64,000 nucleotides of DNA from Carcharhinus amblyrhynchos (GCA_965287045.1 OZ336871.1:53816001-53880000); one strand, 5' to 3'; shown: positions 49,700 to 61,880, counted from the stretch's first letter. Translations and numbers: made by a program. The notes: generated from the letters alone by a model not told the origin.

Positions 49700-49966
49700 C
49701 CTAATCACAAGTCACAAGTAAGGCTTGCATTAAGACTGCAATGAAGTTACTGTGAAGTTGCCACACTCCAGCATCTGTTCAGGTCAATGCACCCAACTAG
49801 CCCATCTTTCAGACTGTGGGAAGAAACCGGAGCACCCGGAGGAAAGCCATACATATAGAGGGAGAACACGTTAACTCCACACAGACAGTGAGACAAGCTG
49901 GGAATCAAACTCAGGTCCCTGGCACTGTGAGGCAGCAGTGCTAAATTCTGTGCCACCGTGCCACCC
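49700..49966 (-). mobile_element. tRNA-derived V-SINE
   Basis: V-domain (GAAACCGGAGCACCCGGAGGAAA...GGGAGAAC...AACTCCACACAGACAGT) and tRNA-like head; same family as 62778-63076. Confidence 0.8.
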
Positions 49967-49969
49967 ACA

Positions 49970-50260
49970 TTATGGGATGTGGGCATCACTGACTAAGCCA
50001 GTATTCATTTCCCGTCACTAACTGCCTTTGAAAAGACTTTGGTGAGCCACCTTCTTGAACTGCTGCAGTTCATGAGGCATACATACACCTAAAGTGTTGT
50101 TAGGGAAGGAGTTCCAGGATTTTGACCCAGCAACAGTGAAGAAACATTGATATATATTTCCAAATCAGGATGACAAAGGCAGCAAATACCAGCGCATCTT
50201 GTAGATGGTACACACTGCTGCCACTGCTTACTGGTGATGGAGGGATTAAATATTTAAGAG
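49970..50260 (-). mobile_element. LINE 3' end fragment
   Basis: TATGGGATGTGGGCATCACTG...GGAAGGAGTTCCAGGATTTTGACCCAGC...CTTGTAGATGGTACACACTGC; related fragments near 59890 and 60640. Confidence 0.5.
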
Positions 50261-50965
50261 TTTCCCAGCATAAAATGCTGGGTGGTGTGGTGGGAATACA
50301 CGCTTGATTTTTCACGCTCAGAACCTCATTAATTATGCATTGGTGAACCGCTCTCCAATTCATGTGGCAGGGCAGCAACTGATTCTTCCAACCCACCATT
50401 ACCCAATGGGATTGACGGTCTGGGCACCATATTTAAACTCCTCCAAACACACACTTTCACTCTCTCCAGCCTAGCTGTGTGGAGGAATTGTTTTGAGATG
50501 GCTTCACCCATGAAGAAAGCTTCACTAAGGTTGACAATGACTCCCTTGGAGCTCTCATTCATGGAGCTGGCTAGCCCCAGGATGTCCTCTGCCCTAGGGA
50601 TGCAAAAGGCCCACCAGCCTCACCCCACTAGCCTGTGAGGCAGTTCAGGGAGGACAGAGGATGAAAATCACATCCACCCCACCAGTTAAGCCGACCTACT
50701 GCTCAGCCCAATCTCACACTCCCATAATGGCTTCATGCACTCAAAGCTTACACTGTCCAGCTATCTCTCATAATATTCTCAGTAGACACACCATCACTGA
50801 TTGTCACATGGACACTTAAACATCCCCAGCATCTCATCTATCATGCAGCACACACTCCAATCTCAGCCCTTATTGAGGATGGCTCAGCATGCACACACAA
50901 GGCCCACATTCTTCTCAAACTATACTCCATCCCTTCTCATCACACTCCATCCATTTCATAAAAAA

Positions 50966-51287
50966 ATCATAGAATCCCTACAGTGAAGGAGGAAGCTATT
51001 TGGTCCATCGAGTCTGCACCAACTACAATCCCTCTCAAGCCATCCCCATAACCCTACTTATTTACCCTACTAAACCCCTGTCACTAAGAGGCAATTTAGC
51101 ATGGCCAAACTACCTAACCCACACATCTTTCGAATGTGGGAAGGAAACTGGAGACCTGGAGGAAACTCAAGCAGACACAGGGAGAACGTGCAAACTCCAC
51201 ACAGCCAGTGACACAAGCTGGGAGTCGAACCTGCGTCCCTGGCACTGTGAGGCAGCAGTGCTAACCACCGTGCTACCACACTGCCCC
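50966..51287 (-). mobile_element. HE1-like V-SINE, near full length
   Basis: tRNA-like head (GGGGCAGTGTGGTAGCACGGTGGTTAGCACTGCTGCCTCACAGTGCCAGGGAC...GGTTCGACTCCC), V-domain and CR1-type tail ...CACTGTAGGGATTCTATGA. Confidence 0.85.
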
Positions 51288-52850
51288 ACTTGTCTCCATA
51301 AAGGCCAAATGTGCTCACAAGAGCACATGATCCCAGAATGGAGGAGGGGCAACTTACATTCAGGAGCTCTGCATATCTGAGTCGAATGCAACCAAGTTGG
51401 AGGAGGAGGAGAGGGAATGTTCCTGTGGGGAAGGTGAGATCAGCCTCTCTCCGCAAGCCACAATCAGCCCACTATGAATTTATCACATTCTGACATTCTC
51501 AGTGAATGGCTTGCAATGTTGTACTGTGCCTCTTCCGGAACTAAATCTACCTGCTCCCTCTTACAGGCAGCTGCGGGTCCAGACACACCAGCAGAACCAC
51601 ATCTCTGCTCCCAGCCCACCTCAGAGGAGAATGATGAGGATACATATGAAGAGGTCTTGCCACTGTGTTCACCTACGCTCTCCATCAAAGCAAAGATACA
51701 CAGGCTGCTGGGTCATGGATACAGATTAGGTTCAGGGTCACGTTCTGGAAAACATCTCACTGACACGTCTCTGCAGCAGTCAAAGGCAGTAGCAGACCCA
51801 GCGTCTGAGGATGACTGCAGAACAGGTGCCGCTGAGCTTCTGGAAACAGCCATCGCAAACATGCTGGAGATACATTGACAGGCAGTGGAAAATCAGAGAG
51901 TTTAAAGGCAGCCAACAGACTAGTGATAAGGATGGAGTATCTCATCTACATTCTATCTGATGTTGTGTTCCAACAGGTTAGAACCTCAAGGCTTGCATTG
52001 GAAAGGTGGCAGCCACCTGAAAGATCTTTGGCCAGCAGACTTTGCTGGATTTGCATTTGAACCTGCATTCCATTGTTATAGGCATTGGAGGGATCCATCA
52101 GTGTCTGGTGATGGGGGCAGTTTACCTCGCCAACCTCCTGGTCCCCTTCTCCTCCTGACTAGGTAGGTGCCCTCAGGCACTCATAGGGAGGAGGACCAGC
52201 AGCAGGAGAACCCCAGCAAGGGCCATCTTCCCAGATGACCCCGAGAGTCTACAGCCAATTCCAGTCCCCTCTACATATTACCTCCATCACCTCCAACTTA
52301 CAGGCCAGAAACGATGCCTCTTCCTCACATCAGAACATCCAGCTGGAGCCTTCCAGGTCTCAGTCCTCAAGAGGATGACCCCAAAAACACTAGGATGTAC
52401 CAATCAGCAGGCTGTGTCCAACTCCGCACCAGGATATAAATGGTAAGGTTAGAAAAATTAAGAAACTTTGCCACTTCCTTTGGGCCTCAGACATTTGATC
52501 ATGCATGTCACAAATATATTTTCCATTTGTAAGAATGGTGGGGTAATTTGAAAGTGTCCTGCATATGCATCTATGCGCCCTCATATTGCAAAGGTGAGTC
52601 AAGCTCCCACACAGCATTCACCTACCTTTATGAGTCTCACGTTCATATGATGTCTGGCTGTGTCATAATAGTTACAGGACTCTTGTGATATGGAAGGGGG
52701 TTACGTCCAACTCATTACTGGAAATGTCAGCAAAATGCTTGAGTCATTTTACTTCTTAAAAGACAACATGGAGTTTGATATGCTCAATAGCCTTGAATGG
52801 TCAACTGTAGTTGTTTCTCAGGATGGGAAAGCTGCCTTCGTTGGAAATAT

Positions 52851-53316
52851 AGTAAGTAGTCTCACAACACCAGGTTAAACTCCAACAGGTTCATTTGGTA
52901 GCAAAAGCCACTAGCTTTCGGAGCGCTGCCCCTTCATTAGGTGAGTGGGATTTCAGTTCACAAACAGGGCATATAAAGACACAAACTCAATTTACAAAAT
53001 AATGATTGGAATGTGAGTCTTTACAAGGAATCAAGTCTTAAAGGTACAGTGTAAGTGGAGAAAGACCACTCTCCACTCACTTTGTCTGTACCTTTAAGAC
53101 TTGATTACCTGTAGAGTCTTGCATTTCAACCATTATTTTGTAAATTAAGTTTGTGTCTTTATATGCCCTGTTTGTGAACTGAAATCCCACTTGCCTGATG
53201 AAGGGGCAGCGCTCCGAAAGCTAGTGGCTTTTGCTACCAAATGAACCTGTTGGACTTTAACCTGGTGTTGTGAGACTTCTTGCTGTGTTTACCCCTGTCC
53301 AACGTTGGCATCTCTA
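52851..53316. mobile_element. Penelope-derived hairpin element (~210-bp inverted arms plus short 3' tail) with 13-bp TSD
   Basis: 52851-~53061 is the reverse complement of ~53068-53284; TSD CTTCGTTGGAAAT (52836-52848) / CTTCATTGGAAAT (53317-53329). Confidence 0.8.
53187..53227 (+). ncRNA. Minimal (Penelope-type) hammerhead ribozyme motif
   Basis: TGC-CTGATGA(53195-53201)-A-GGGGC AGC GCTCC (stem II)-GAAA(53216-53219)-GC-TA-GTG; palindromic minimal stem III; stem I TGC/GTG pairs with wobbles. Confidence 0.65.
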
Positions 53317-53749
53317 CTTCATTGGAAATGCCAAAGCATAAGACTGCAGCCATGATAGCCTCTCCAACCATGCGTGTATTTCAGTGTCTGCAGTAAATTT
53401 CTCATGAAAATGGCAACAATTGCATCAAGTTTTTGATGCAGCCTTTGGCTGTTGTGCTGACTTTCATGTCCCACAGTGCAACAAACCAGGGTTTCCAAGA
53501 TTAGGACCTGCTGAATCACTGAGGCTGAAGGTGCAAGTCCGAATGCTGGATTTGCTCTTGATGTTACTGGTTGTAAAGGTCTTTCAGTCCATTTGCATGG
53601 CACTAAGGGACAGGAGGAATGTGCCCATGAGCCATTACCTGCAACTTACTCCTTCTAAAATTGTGAGGCTATCAGTGTGTCACAGGTATTATCTTCCATA
53701 TCGTGCTTCAATGGCATCCTTACATGGAAGTTGGTTCATCGCTCTCTTC

Positions 53750-55050
53750 AGATTCTTGCCCCTCATTGTCCAATGAACTCTTAGCCTCCTCCATGTCTCC
53801 CTCTGGTAAGGGATCCTTCTCTTTGAAGTACAATGTTGTAAAAGTGCAGCAGACCATGCTTATGTGGGACATGCACTTTGGAGAGTACTGCAAAGCAGTC
53901 CAAACAATGGAAGTGCATTTTCAGGATGTCAACGGTCTGTTCAATGATGGATCATGTTCATCAATGTGCCACATTGTACCTTGCTTTCAAGGCACTCTGA
54001 GGACAATACACAGATGACATTAGCCATTGCTTGAATGGGCACCCCTTATCCCCAAGCAGCCATCTCTATATTTGCTGAGGCCCTTTGAATACTTGAGGTA
54101 CATAGGAGTGACACAGGATGTAGAGTCATGGGAATTCAAAGAACAAAAACAAAGAACAAAGAACAACCCAGCACGGGAAACAGGCCCTTCAGCCCAACAA
54201 GCCCGCGCCGCCGCATCACCCTACACCTATTCTACCCTGCGTGTCTACGAATAGAACCCCTGACTTAGTCAGATTCAGGGGAGAATAGTGTCAATTTGGT
54301 AAAACCAATCAGCCTAAGAGCACATCTTTGGGGTGTGGGAGGAAACCGGAGCGCCCGGAGGAAACCCACGCATCCGCAGGGAGAATGCACAAACTCCCAC
54401 AGACACAGGCCCAAATCCATGTATCTGCACAGCTAGCAGTGCTAGTCACCGAGCTGTTACGGCGCCCTTCTACCGGTCCAGGATCAAGCACACACACCGA
54501 CACGAAGTACTAGGCCACTCCTGGAACCTCCAAGAGTAGCCCACGCACGACCCACCGTGTGCATGCCCCTCGTTTGACAACGAGGTGGACCTCCACCATT
54601 CCCAGGGTACCTCACAAAAATGTGCATATCTTGCTTCTAATAATCACACACTGGTTGAATATTGATGCAGTGGAACTCTTTCTAGCTAATGAACATCAGG
54701 AGCTGCTGCCATGAAGCTCTCAAAACCACACATGTGCAATCAATTTCACCATGAACTCTCAGGAAGACTGAGATAGCTGCAAACCTCTGAAATCTAGCAG
54801 CATGGCTAGCTTCATCCAATGTCAGCTTCACACAATGATGAACCTGACTATATAGGACATCTGTCTTGAGGGAAGTGAAGGCCAACAGCTGCATGCCATT
54901 CACTTCCAAACATTTCTTAGACCAATCTAATCTCCGACTGATGTGGTACAAGACAGGGAGGTGGAACATGATTCGGGCAAGTAGTATTTTTAATGAGCGT
55001 GCATGACACAGCATTACTTGTGTGCCAAACAGCATAATCAGAACGTGATA
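53750..55050 (-). pseudogene. Harbinger (DDE_Tnp_4/HARBI1-like) transposase remnant
   Basis: RFAAISVFLRVHGEIDCTCVVLRA...YPGNSHDS (once the insert is removed)...WLLGDKGCPFKQWLMSSV...RYNVAH**T*SIIEQTVDILKMHFHCLD...LQYSPK; matches Harbinger motifs GAIDCTH, PGSxHDS, LLGDSGY and IERTFGLLKxRFRCL. Confidence 0.85.
54138..54597 (-). mobile_element. 5'-truncated copy of a CR1 3' UTR containing a V-SINE-like domain
   Basis: Reverse complement aligns by eye to ~59047-59463; (TTCTTTG)n tail; flanked by duplicated ATTC inside the Harbinger transposase. Confidence 0.75.
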
Positions 55051-55069
55051 CAGCTACGCGATTACACAA

Positions 55070-56392
55070 TCAATGAATCATCTCTAAACTCCGTAGTCCT
55101 GTCACATCCTGTGGTGGACAATTAAACAACTCACTGGAAGAAGAGGGTCCACAAATATCCTCATCTTCAATGTAGGGGGAACCCAGCACATTGGTGCAAA
55201 AGATAAGGCTGAAGCACTTGCAGCAATCTTCAGCCAAAAGAACCTTGTAGATGATCACTCTCTGCCTTCTCTGGAGGTGTGCAGCATCACAGATATCAAT
55301 CTTTAGCCATTTTGATTCACTCCACATGATACAAAGAAATGACTGAAGGCACTGAATATTGTGAAGGCAATAGGCTTTAATAACATTGTGGCAATAATAC
55401 CAAGACTTGTTCTGCAGAACTTGCCGTTCCCCTAGTCAAGCTGTTCCAGTACAGATACAAGACTGGCATTTACCCAGCAATATGGAAAATTGCCCAGGTA
55501 TGTCCTGTACACAAAAAGCATGATACACCCAACTCGGCCAATAACTCCCCATCAGTCTTCTCCCAATCACCAGGGAGATGATGGAAGAGGACAACAACAG
55601 TGCTACCAAGCAGCACTTACTTAGCAATAACCTACTCACCGATGCTCAGTTTGGGTTTCGTCAAGGTCACTCAACTCCTGACCTCATTACAGTCTTGGGT
55701 CAAACATGGACAAAAGAGCTGAACTCCAGAGTGAGGTAAGAGTGACAGTCCTTGACATAATACAATGTTTAACCGAGTGTGGCATCAAGAAGCCCTCGCG
55801 AAATTGGAGTCAATGGAAATCAGGGGGAAAACTTTCCGTTGGTTGGGATCATATTTACCATGATCGAAGATGGTTGTGGCTGTTGGAAGTCAATTATCAC
55901 AGTTCTAGGACTTCACTTCAGGAGTTCCTCAGGGTTGTGTCCTAGGCCCAACCATCTTCAACTGCTTCATCCATGACCTTCCTCTTATCATGAAGTCAGA
56001 AATAACCTGGACAATATCTAGGCTTGTGTTGACAAGTGGTATGTAGCATTCACACAACATATAAGCATCAATAAATGACCATCTCCAACAAGAGTGAATA
56101 TAGCCACTGCAGCTTGTCATTCAATGGCATTGCCATTGCTGAATCCCCCACTGTCAACATCCTGGGAGTTACTTGAAACTGACTTGGACTAGCCATATAA
56201 ATCTGTGACTATAAGAGCTTGTCAGGAGCTGGGAATCCTGCGGTAAGTAACTTACCTCCTGACTCTCCAACGTCTGTCCACCATTTACAAGCACGAGTCA
56301 GGGGTGCAATGGAATGCTCTCCACTTGCTTGGAAGAATGCAACTCCAGCAACACTCAAGAACCTCTACATCATCCAGAACAATGCAGCTCAC
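55070..56392 (+). mobile_element. Decayed non-LTR retrotransposon ORF2 (RT; clade uncertain, L2/CR1 group)
   Basis: Motifs PAIWKIAQVCPVHKK, PISLL, QFGFRQGHS and GVPQGCVLGPTIF, with stops and deletions. Confidence 0.8.
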
Positions 56393-56399
56393 TTCATTC

Positions 56400-57750
56400 T
56401 TACTATTGCTTCTTTTGCTAATTATCTTAAAGCCGTGCCCCCTGGTTCTCAGTTCACCAACAAGGACAATTTCTCTTTATCTATCTTTTTCCAGACCAGT
56501 CACGATTTTGAATACCTCTATCAAATCTTCTCTCAACTTTCTCCAAGAAGAATAGTCCCAAATTCTTCAATCTTGCCGTGTAACTGAAGTTTCTCCTCCC
56601 TGGAAACATTCTTGTGAATCTTTTTGGTACTCTCTCTAATGCCTTCACGTCCTTCCTAAAGCGTAGTGCCTAAGTGAAAGCAATACTCCAGCTGAGGTTG
56701 AACCAGTGTATTTTACAGATTGAACGTAACTTTCTTGCTTTTGTACTCTACGCTGGGGTACTGTGTGCTTTATTAACCACGCACTCAATTGTCCTGCTTT
56801 CAGAAACTGTTCACCTTCAATAGTTTGTGCACTTACACATCCAGGTCCCTCCAATTCTACGCCCTCTTTAGAATTGTACCATTTGTTAGGCGGTATCTCT
56901 CAGCAGTCTTACCAAAAATGAATCACTTCACATTTCTCTGCATTAAGTTTCATCTGCTAATTTCTGTCTATTCCACCAACTTGTTTATGACATTTTGAAA
57001 TTCTACATTATTCTCCTCATGGCCCACACACATTTCCAAGCTTTGATTCATCTGCAATTTTGAAATTATGCCCTGTGCACCAAGGTCAGGAAGAACAGGG
57101 GGTCCTAAAAACAACTCCTGAGGAATTTAATTATAACATTCCTTCTGTCTGAAAAACAACCGTTAATCATTACTCTCTTTCCTGCCAGTTCAGCCAATTT
57201 AGTATCTAAGATGTTAGTGTCACTTTTGCTCTGAGTTTTAAACTTGCTCACTAGTCTGTTGTGTGCCACTTAATTAAGTGCCTTTTGGAAGCCTGTACAT
57301 CATATCAACAGCATTGCCCTCATCAACTGTCTCTGCTACCTCATTAAAAACTCAAGTTAGTTAAACATGATTTGCTCTACACAAATTTGGTTTTCCTTAA
57401 TTAACCTGCTTTTGCACATGTTATTAATTTTGTCTCAAACTATTGATTCTGGAAGCTTCCCAACCACTGGGTTTAGACTGACTGGCCAGTAATACTGAGT
57501 TTGGGTGGGATTTTCTGGCTGTTCACACCAGCGGGATGCCTTGGCCCAGCTGCAGCGAATGGAGATTTGGATGAGTGCTAAATTCTCCATCCTCGCTGGC
57601 AGCAGCAGTGGGACATGAATGGCTGAAGAATTCCAACCCTTAGCCTTACACCCTTTGTTGAATAAGAGTGGATTATTTGCAATTCTCCAGTCATCTGAGC
57701 CAATACCCTGAAGACTGGAAAATGATGGCAGTGTCTCAAACTTTTCCAGT
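56400..57750 (-). mobile_element. Degraded CR1 LINE fragment
   Basis: Reverse-strand CR1 ORF2-like segments (reverse-complement equivalents of RGHxLK, LIEVFKI and LEYC); interrupted by a MITE at 57503. Confidence 0.65.
57503..57639. mobile_element. MITE with ~23-bp TIRs
   Basis: GGGTGGGATTTTCTGGCTGTTCA ... TGAATGGCTGAAGAATTCCAACCC; flanks TTT/TTA, close to the Harbinger TWA-type TSD. Confidence 0.6.
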
Positions 57751-57846
57751 CTCTCTGTCCAACAAAAACTCTGCTAAACTTCCAGAAACTCCACTGGAAT
57801 TTCAGGCCCTTTTATACACAGACAAATCTGATTTTTAAAATTTGAG

Positions 57847-58478
57847 TTATTATTGTCACGTGTATTGGGATACAGTGAGAAGTATTGTTTCTTGTGCACT
57901 ATACAAGCAAAGCATACTGTTCATAGAGTACATAGCAGATAAGGAAAGGAGAAGGTGCAGAATACACTGTTAGAGTCATAGCTAGGGTGTAGTGAAAGAT
58001 CAACTTAATATAAGGTAAGTCCATTCAAAAGTCTGATGGCAGCAGGGAAGAAGCTGTTTTTGAGTCAGTTGGTACATGATCTCAGATTTTGTATCCCTTT
58101 CCTGCTAGAAGGAGGTGCAAGACAGAATGTCCAGAATTTGCGGGGTCCTTGATTATTCTGGCTGCTTTTCCAAGGCAGAGGGAAATGTAGATGGAGTCAG
58201 TGGATGCGAGACTAGTTTGCGTGATGGGCAGGGCTATGTACACACCCTTTTGTAGTTTCTTACGGCCTTGATCAGAGCAGGAGCCATACCAAGTTGTAAT
58301 ACATTCAGAAAGAATGCTTTCTACGGTGCGGCTATCAAAATTGGTGAGAGTCGTATTGGACATGCCAAATTTCCTTAGCCTCCTAAGAGGCTAACGTCAG
58401 CATGGAGGGATCAGGACAAGTCGTTGGTGATCCAGACACCTAGAAACATGAAGCTCTCAACCATTTCTAATTCATCAA
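57847..58478 (-). mobile_element. Rex1/Babar-type LINE 3' fragment
   Basis: ORF TLTNFDSRTVESILSECITTWYGSCSDQGRKKLQ...AARIIKDP..GHS; 3' end CACGTGACAATAATAA typical of Rex1. Confidence 0.8.
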
Positions 58479-58527
58479 ACTGCGTTGTCTGGAAATTGCA
58501 AATAAAATTCTGGAACTCAGTTCTGAA

Positions 58528-59463
58528 GGAATAGAGTACAAAAGCACGGGGTGCAGAGTGTGGAGTGCGAAGGAGGTTTACCAGGATATTGCCTGGTATG
58601 GAAGGACTGGGTTATGAGGAGAGATTGAGCAAATTGGGGCTGTTTTCCCTTGAAAGATGGCAACTGAGGGAGGATCTAATAGAGGTATATAAGATTATGA
58701 AGGGTATAGATAGAGTAAACAGTGGTAAGCTTTTTCCTACGTTAGAAACGCACAGTATGAGGGGCCACGGGCTTAGGGTGAGGGGGGGACGAGGTATAAC
58801 ACGGATGTTAGAGGGAGGTATTTCACACAGAGGGTAGTGGGGGTATGGAATGCTCTGCCAAGCACGGTGGTGGAGGCAGGTACGCTGGAGTTGTTTGAGT
58901 TACTTAGGCACATGAGTGGGTTGGAGATGGGAGGATATAGGAGATTGTTTTAAATAAGGTTCATTAGCATTGGGACGTCCCTGGTAATGTATAAGGATGT
59001 GGAATGATACTAATGTTTTTCTCTTTTAATTCACAGGTTTTAAGTCGGTCCGCCTTGTTATCCAACGAGGGGCATACACGCGATGGGTCATATGAGGGCT
59101 GCTCTTGGACGTTCGAGAGTAGCCTAGTGCTTCATGTCATTAGTGTGTGCTTAAACTGGACCAGATGCTGGGCAACACGACAGCTCAGTGACTATTACTG
59201 TTTGCTGTGCAGACACTTGGATTTGGCCCAGTGTCTGTGGGAGTTTGCGCATTCTCTGGGTGCTCCGGTTTCCTCCCACACCCCAAAGGTGTGCTATTAG
59301 GCTGATTGGTGGTAATTAATTGTCCCTAAATTAGTTTTCCCTCAATGTGGAATGCCATAAGCATAGATAAGGGTCATGGGTGGATGGTAATGTTAAAATG
59401 GCAGCGCGGGCTCATTGGGCCGAAGGGCCTGTTTCCCAGGCTGTTTTTGTTCTTTGTTCTTTG
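58528..59463 (+). mobile_element. CR1 LINE 3' part with long 3' UTR embedding a V-SINE-like domain
   Basis: ORF RRRFTRILPGMEGLGYEERLSKLGLFSLERWQLREDLIEVYKIMKGIDRV...MRGHGLRV; the UTR contains GTCTGTGGGAGTTTGCGCATTCTC...GCTCCGGTTTCCTCCCACACCCCAAAG and ends GGGCCGAAGGGCCTGTTTCC...(TTCTTTG)n. Confidence 0.85.
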
Positions 59464-60042
59464 AATTTTACTTTCATATAGAACTTTTATTAAAGCCAAT
59501 TAAAGACTACTTTCTCCCTTTAGTTTGGACAAAGTTATCCAGTTCAATTAGTTAAACCTTCTAAATTGTTAAATAATAATTCAATGTTGTAGGGTAATAG
59601 TAAGAACTTATTTTTTTCCCACTCAGTGTAATAATGCATTTGTCCAGTCAATATCATTATGTGGTGAAAAAAAACCACATTGTCTACTAAAGAGCAACAA
59701 ATTGATGGTTTTTACAACAAACATGTTAATAAATCACTATGGGAATGCCTGTTAATGGTTACATGCCAAAATAGAAAATCATATTTGATAGAAAGAAAGG
59801 ATTAATTTTGGACCCAACAGTAAGAAAGGGATGAAGTATGATTGTCATTGGTTTCCCATGTGGTGACTTACCAGTCCTGCTTTATCCCTGTGTGGGACAT
59901 GAGTGTCACTGGCTGACCAGCATTTATTGCTCATCCCTAGGTGCCCAAGGTGGCAGTTGAGAATCAGTCACATTGCTGGTAAAATGATCAAGAGAGGCAT
60001 TGTTCTAACAGAAATAGGGGCAAAACTGAAGTATGAGTCAGA

Positions 60043-60148
60043 GGCCCAGGTGAGACTCGTAAATTCCTGCCCGAGGCCAATGGAGAGTTCTGTTCTGCAA
60101 GCCATGTCCACCTTGATTCCAGGGCGAGTATGGCGGTAAAATTCCGGC
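60043..60148. mobile_element. MITE, same family as 47171-47296 (one end lost)
   Basis: CAGGTGAGACTCGTAAATTCCTGCCCGAGGCCAATG...GATTCCAGGGCGAGTATGGCGGTAAAATTCCGGCC. Confidence 0.6.
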
Positions 60149-60544
60149 CTCAGTTTATGGTACATGGAATAACCTGACACTCTCGATATGTTATTAATGT
60201 TTACACAATCATCAGCTGCTTGTCCACATCTTAGAAGCTTCAATTCATTAATCTCTCGCCATTTCTGACAATGGGCCCATAACTCTCATGCTTTGATGCC
60301 GGCTGTGTCACCTTTCTATGATAAATTATTGAGACTAACTCCTATTCATTTCTTATGTGTATTTTGCCAGCATAATCATACTCTTCTGTCAAACATTTAT
60401 TTCTCTAATGGAAAGTCTTAAACCAGAAACCCTGAAATCTTTTCTAACGGATTGAGAAAAGCATCATATGACACTACCAGTTCTGCTCATTCATTTCAGT
60501 CTCTTTATAAGTACCTTATTAACACTTTTAAAGCTTTTTATGTC

Positions 60545-60627
60545 AATGCCTTGACCTGAAACTCTTTTTCTCTCTTCACAGATGCTGCCAGACTTGCTGA
60601 GAATTTCCAGCATTTTCTGTTTGTATT
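60545..60627. mobile_element. Penelope-like terminal fragment
   Basis: CTCTTCACAGATGCTGCCAGACTTGCTGAGAATTTCCAGCATTTTCTGTTT matches one arm of 47100-47452. Confidence 0.55.
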
Positions 60628-60982
60628 CCATCACACTTCTGACTTGTGCCTTGTAGATGGTGGACAAACTTAGGAGCGACAGGGGATGAGTTACTCGCCA
60701 CAGGATTTCCAATCATTGACTTGCTCTGTTCATCTTGTTTCACTTCCTGCACCTACACAAGGCAGGATTTTATCTGTTCCCACAGTGAGGCTTTTCCTGA
60801 GACAGGCTGCCAGCCTGTCACCAGAGACTTACAGCTTGAAGGGTGCCACCCCCCATTAAGCAGTGGTATTAACAGCCGGAAGGGAGTTTCTCTGGGAGTC
60901 CTCAACATTGACTCCGGATCCCATGAAGACTTATAGCATTAAATCACACACGGGAAAGGAAACCTCCTGCTGATCACACATA

Positions 60983-61880
60983 GGGCCAGATTTTACCATT
61001 CGGAGGCTAAGTGCTGGATCTGGATGTAAAATGGATTGGAGGCCGGAATTCTCATTCCAGCGCGCCCATACACTTTTTGCCGGCTCCAGTCTGATCTGCA
61101 CTGTGGGCGGGTCTTAGCGCTGCCGGAACGATTGGAGCTCTGAACTGCGCATGCGCAGTTCGGAAAAAAATCTGAAACAGCGTGCCCGGGCATGGAAGAC
61201 AAAAACAGAAAGAGATTGGGGGGAGGGGATGAGCTGTGATCGGACCCCCCTGGGAGGCAGGCCCCCCTGATCAGACCCCCCCCAGGAGGCAGCCCCCCCC
61301 CCCCCCAACGATCAGACCCCCACTGGAAGGCAGTCCCCCGCCCTCCCGATCAAATCTCCCCTCGGAGGCAGCCCTCCCCCGACCCACCCCCCCCCTCCCC
61401 CAGGAGGCAGCCCCTTCCCGATCAGACCCCTCCTGGGAGGCACCCCCCACCCCCCCCTCAGCAGAGCACACCCCCAACCTATTTCAATGGCTGCTCTCCC
61501 TCCACCAACCTTCTGACCTGCACTCGTTGATGTGGAGATGCTGGCACTGGACTGGGTAAACACAGTAAGAAGCCTCACAACACCAAGTTAAAGTCCTGTT
61601 GGAGTTTAACCTGGTGTTATGAGACTTTTTACTGCACTCGTTGGAAAGCCTGCAGCACCTTGCTGGCCTTCCGCTGGCGTCTGCCGAAGGAGGGGGCAGG
61701 CTCAGATGGATCTCTGGGTGGTGATGGGGTGGGGGCGCTGGTGGAGGATGTTGGGGAGGATGGACTTGGAAGAATCTCCACCACCAACCCCCCAACCAGA
61801 GATCCATGTGAGCCCGCCCCCCTCCCCAACCAGAGATCGATCTGAGCCCACCCCCCTCCCCCCCACCCCGGCAGACCCCA
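60983..61880. mobile_element. Non-autonomous DNA-transposon-like element with GC-rich minisatellite
   Basis: Starts GGGCCAGATTTTACC (same TIR type as the other MITEs); imperfect tandem units GATCAGACCCCC...GGAGGCAGCCCC at 61238-61450. Confidence 0.5.
61530..61631. mobile_element. Miniature Penelope-derived hairpin with 12-bp TSD
   Basis: Same termini as 52851-53316 (AGTAAGAAG.CTCACAACACCA.GTTAAAGTCC / GGA.TTTAACCTGGTGTT.TGAGACTT); TSD CTGCACTCGTTG at 61518-61529 and 61632-61643. Confidence 0.75.

Larger units (their letters stand above)
50280..55060. mobile_element. Decayed PIF/Harbinger transposon with nested insertions
   Basis: Minus-strand transposase remnant (~53750-55050) plus degenerate, possibly Myb/SANT-like ORF remnants on the plus strand (~50490-52450) in convergent orientation; outer limits approximate. 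Confidence 0.6.

Noticed and set aside
61238-61450. Short repeated units that could suggest a CRISPR-like array
   Set aside because: Eukaryotic GC-rich minisatellite with degenerate units and no unique spacers.
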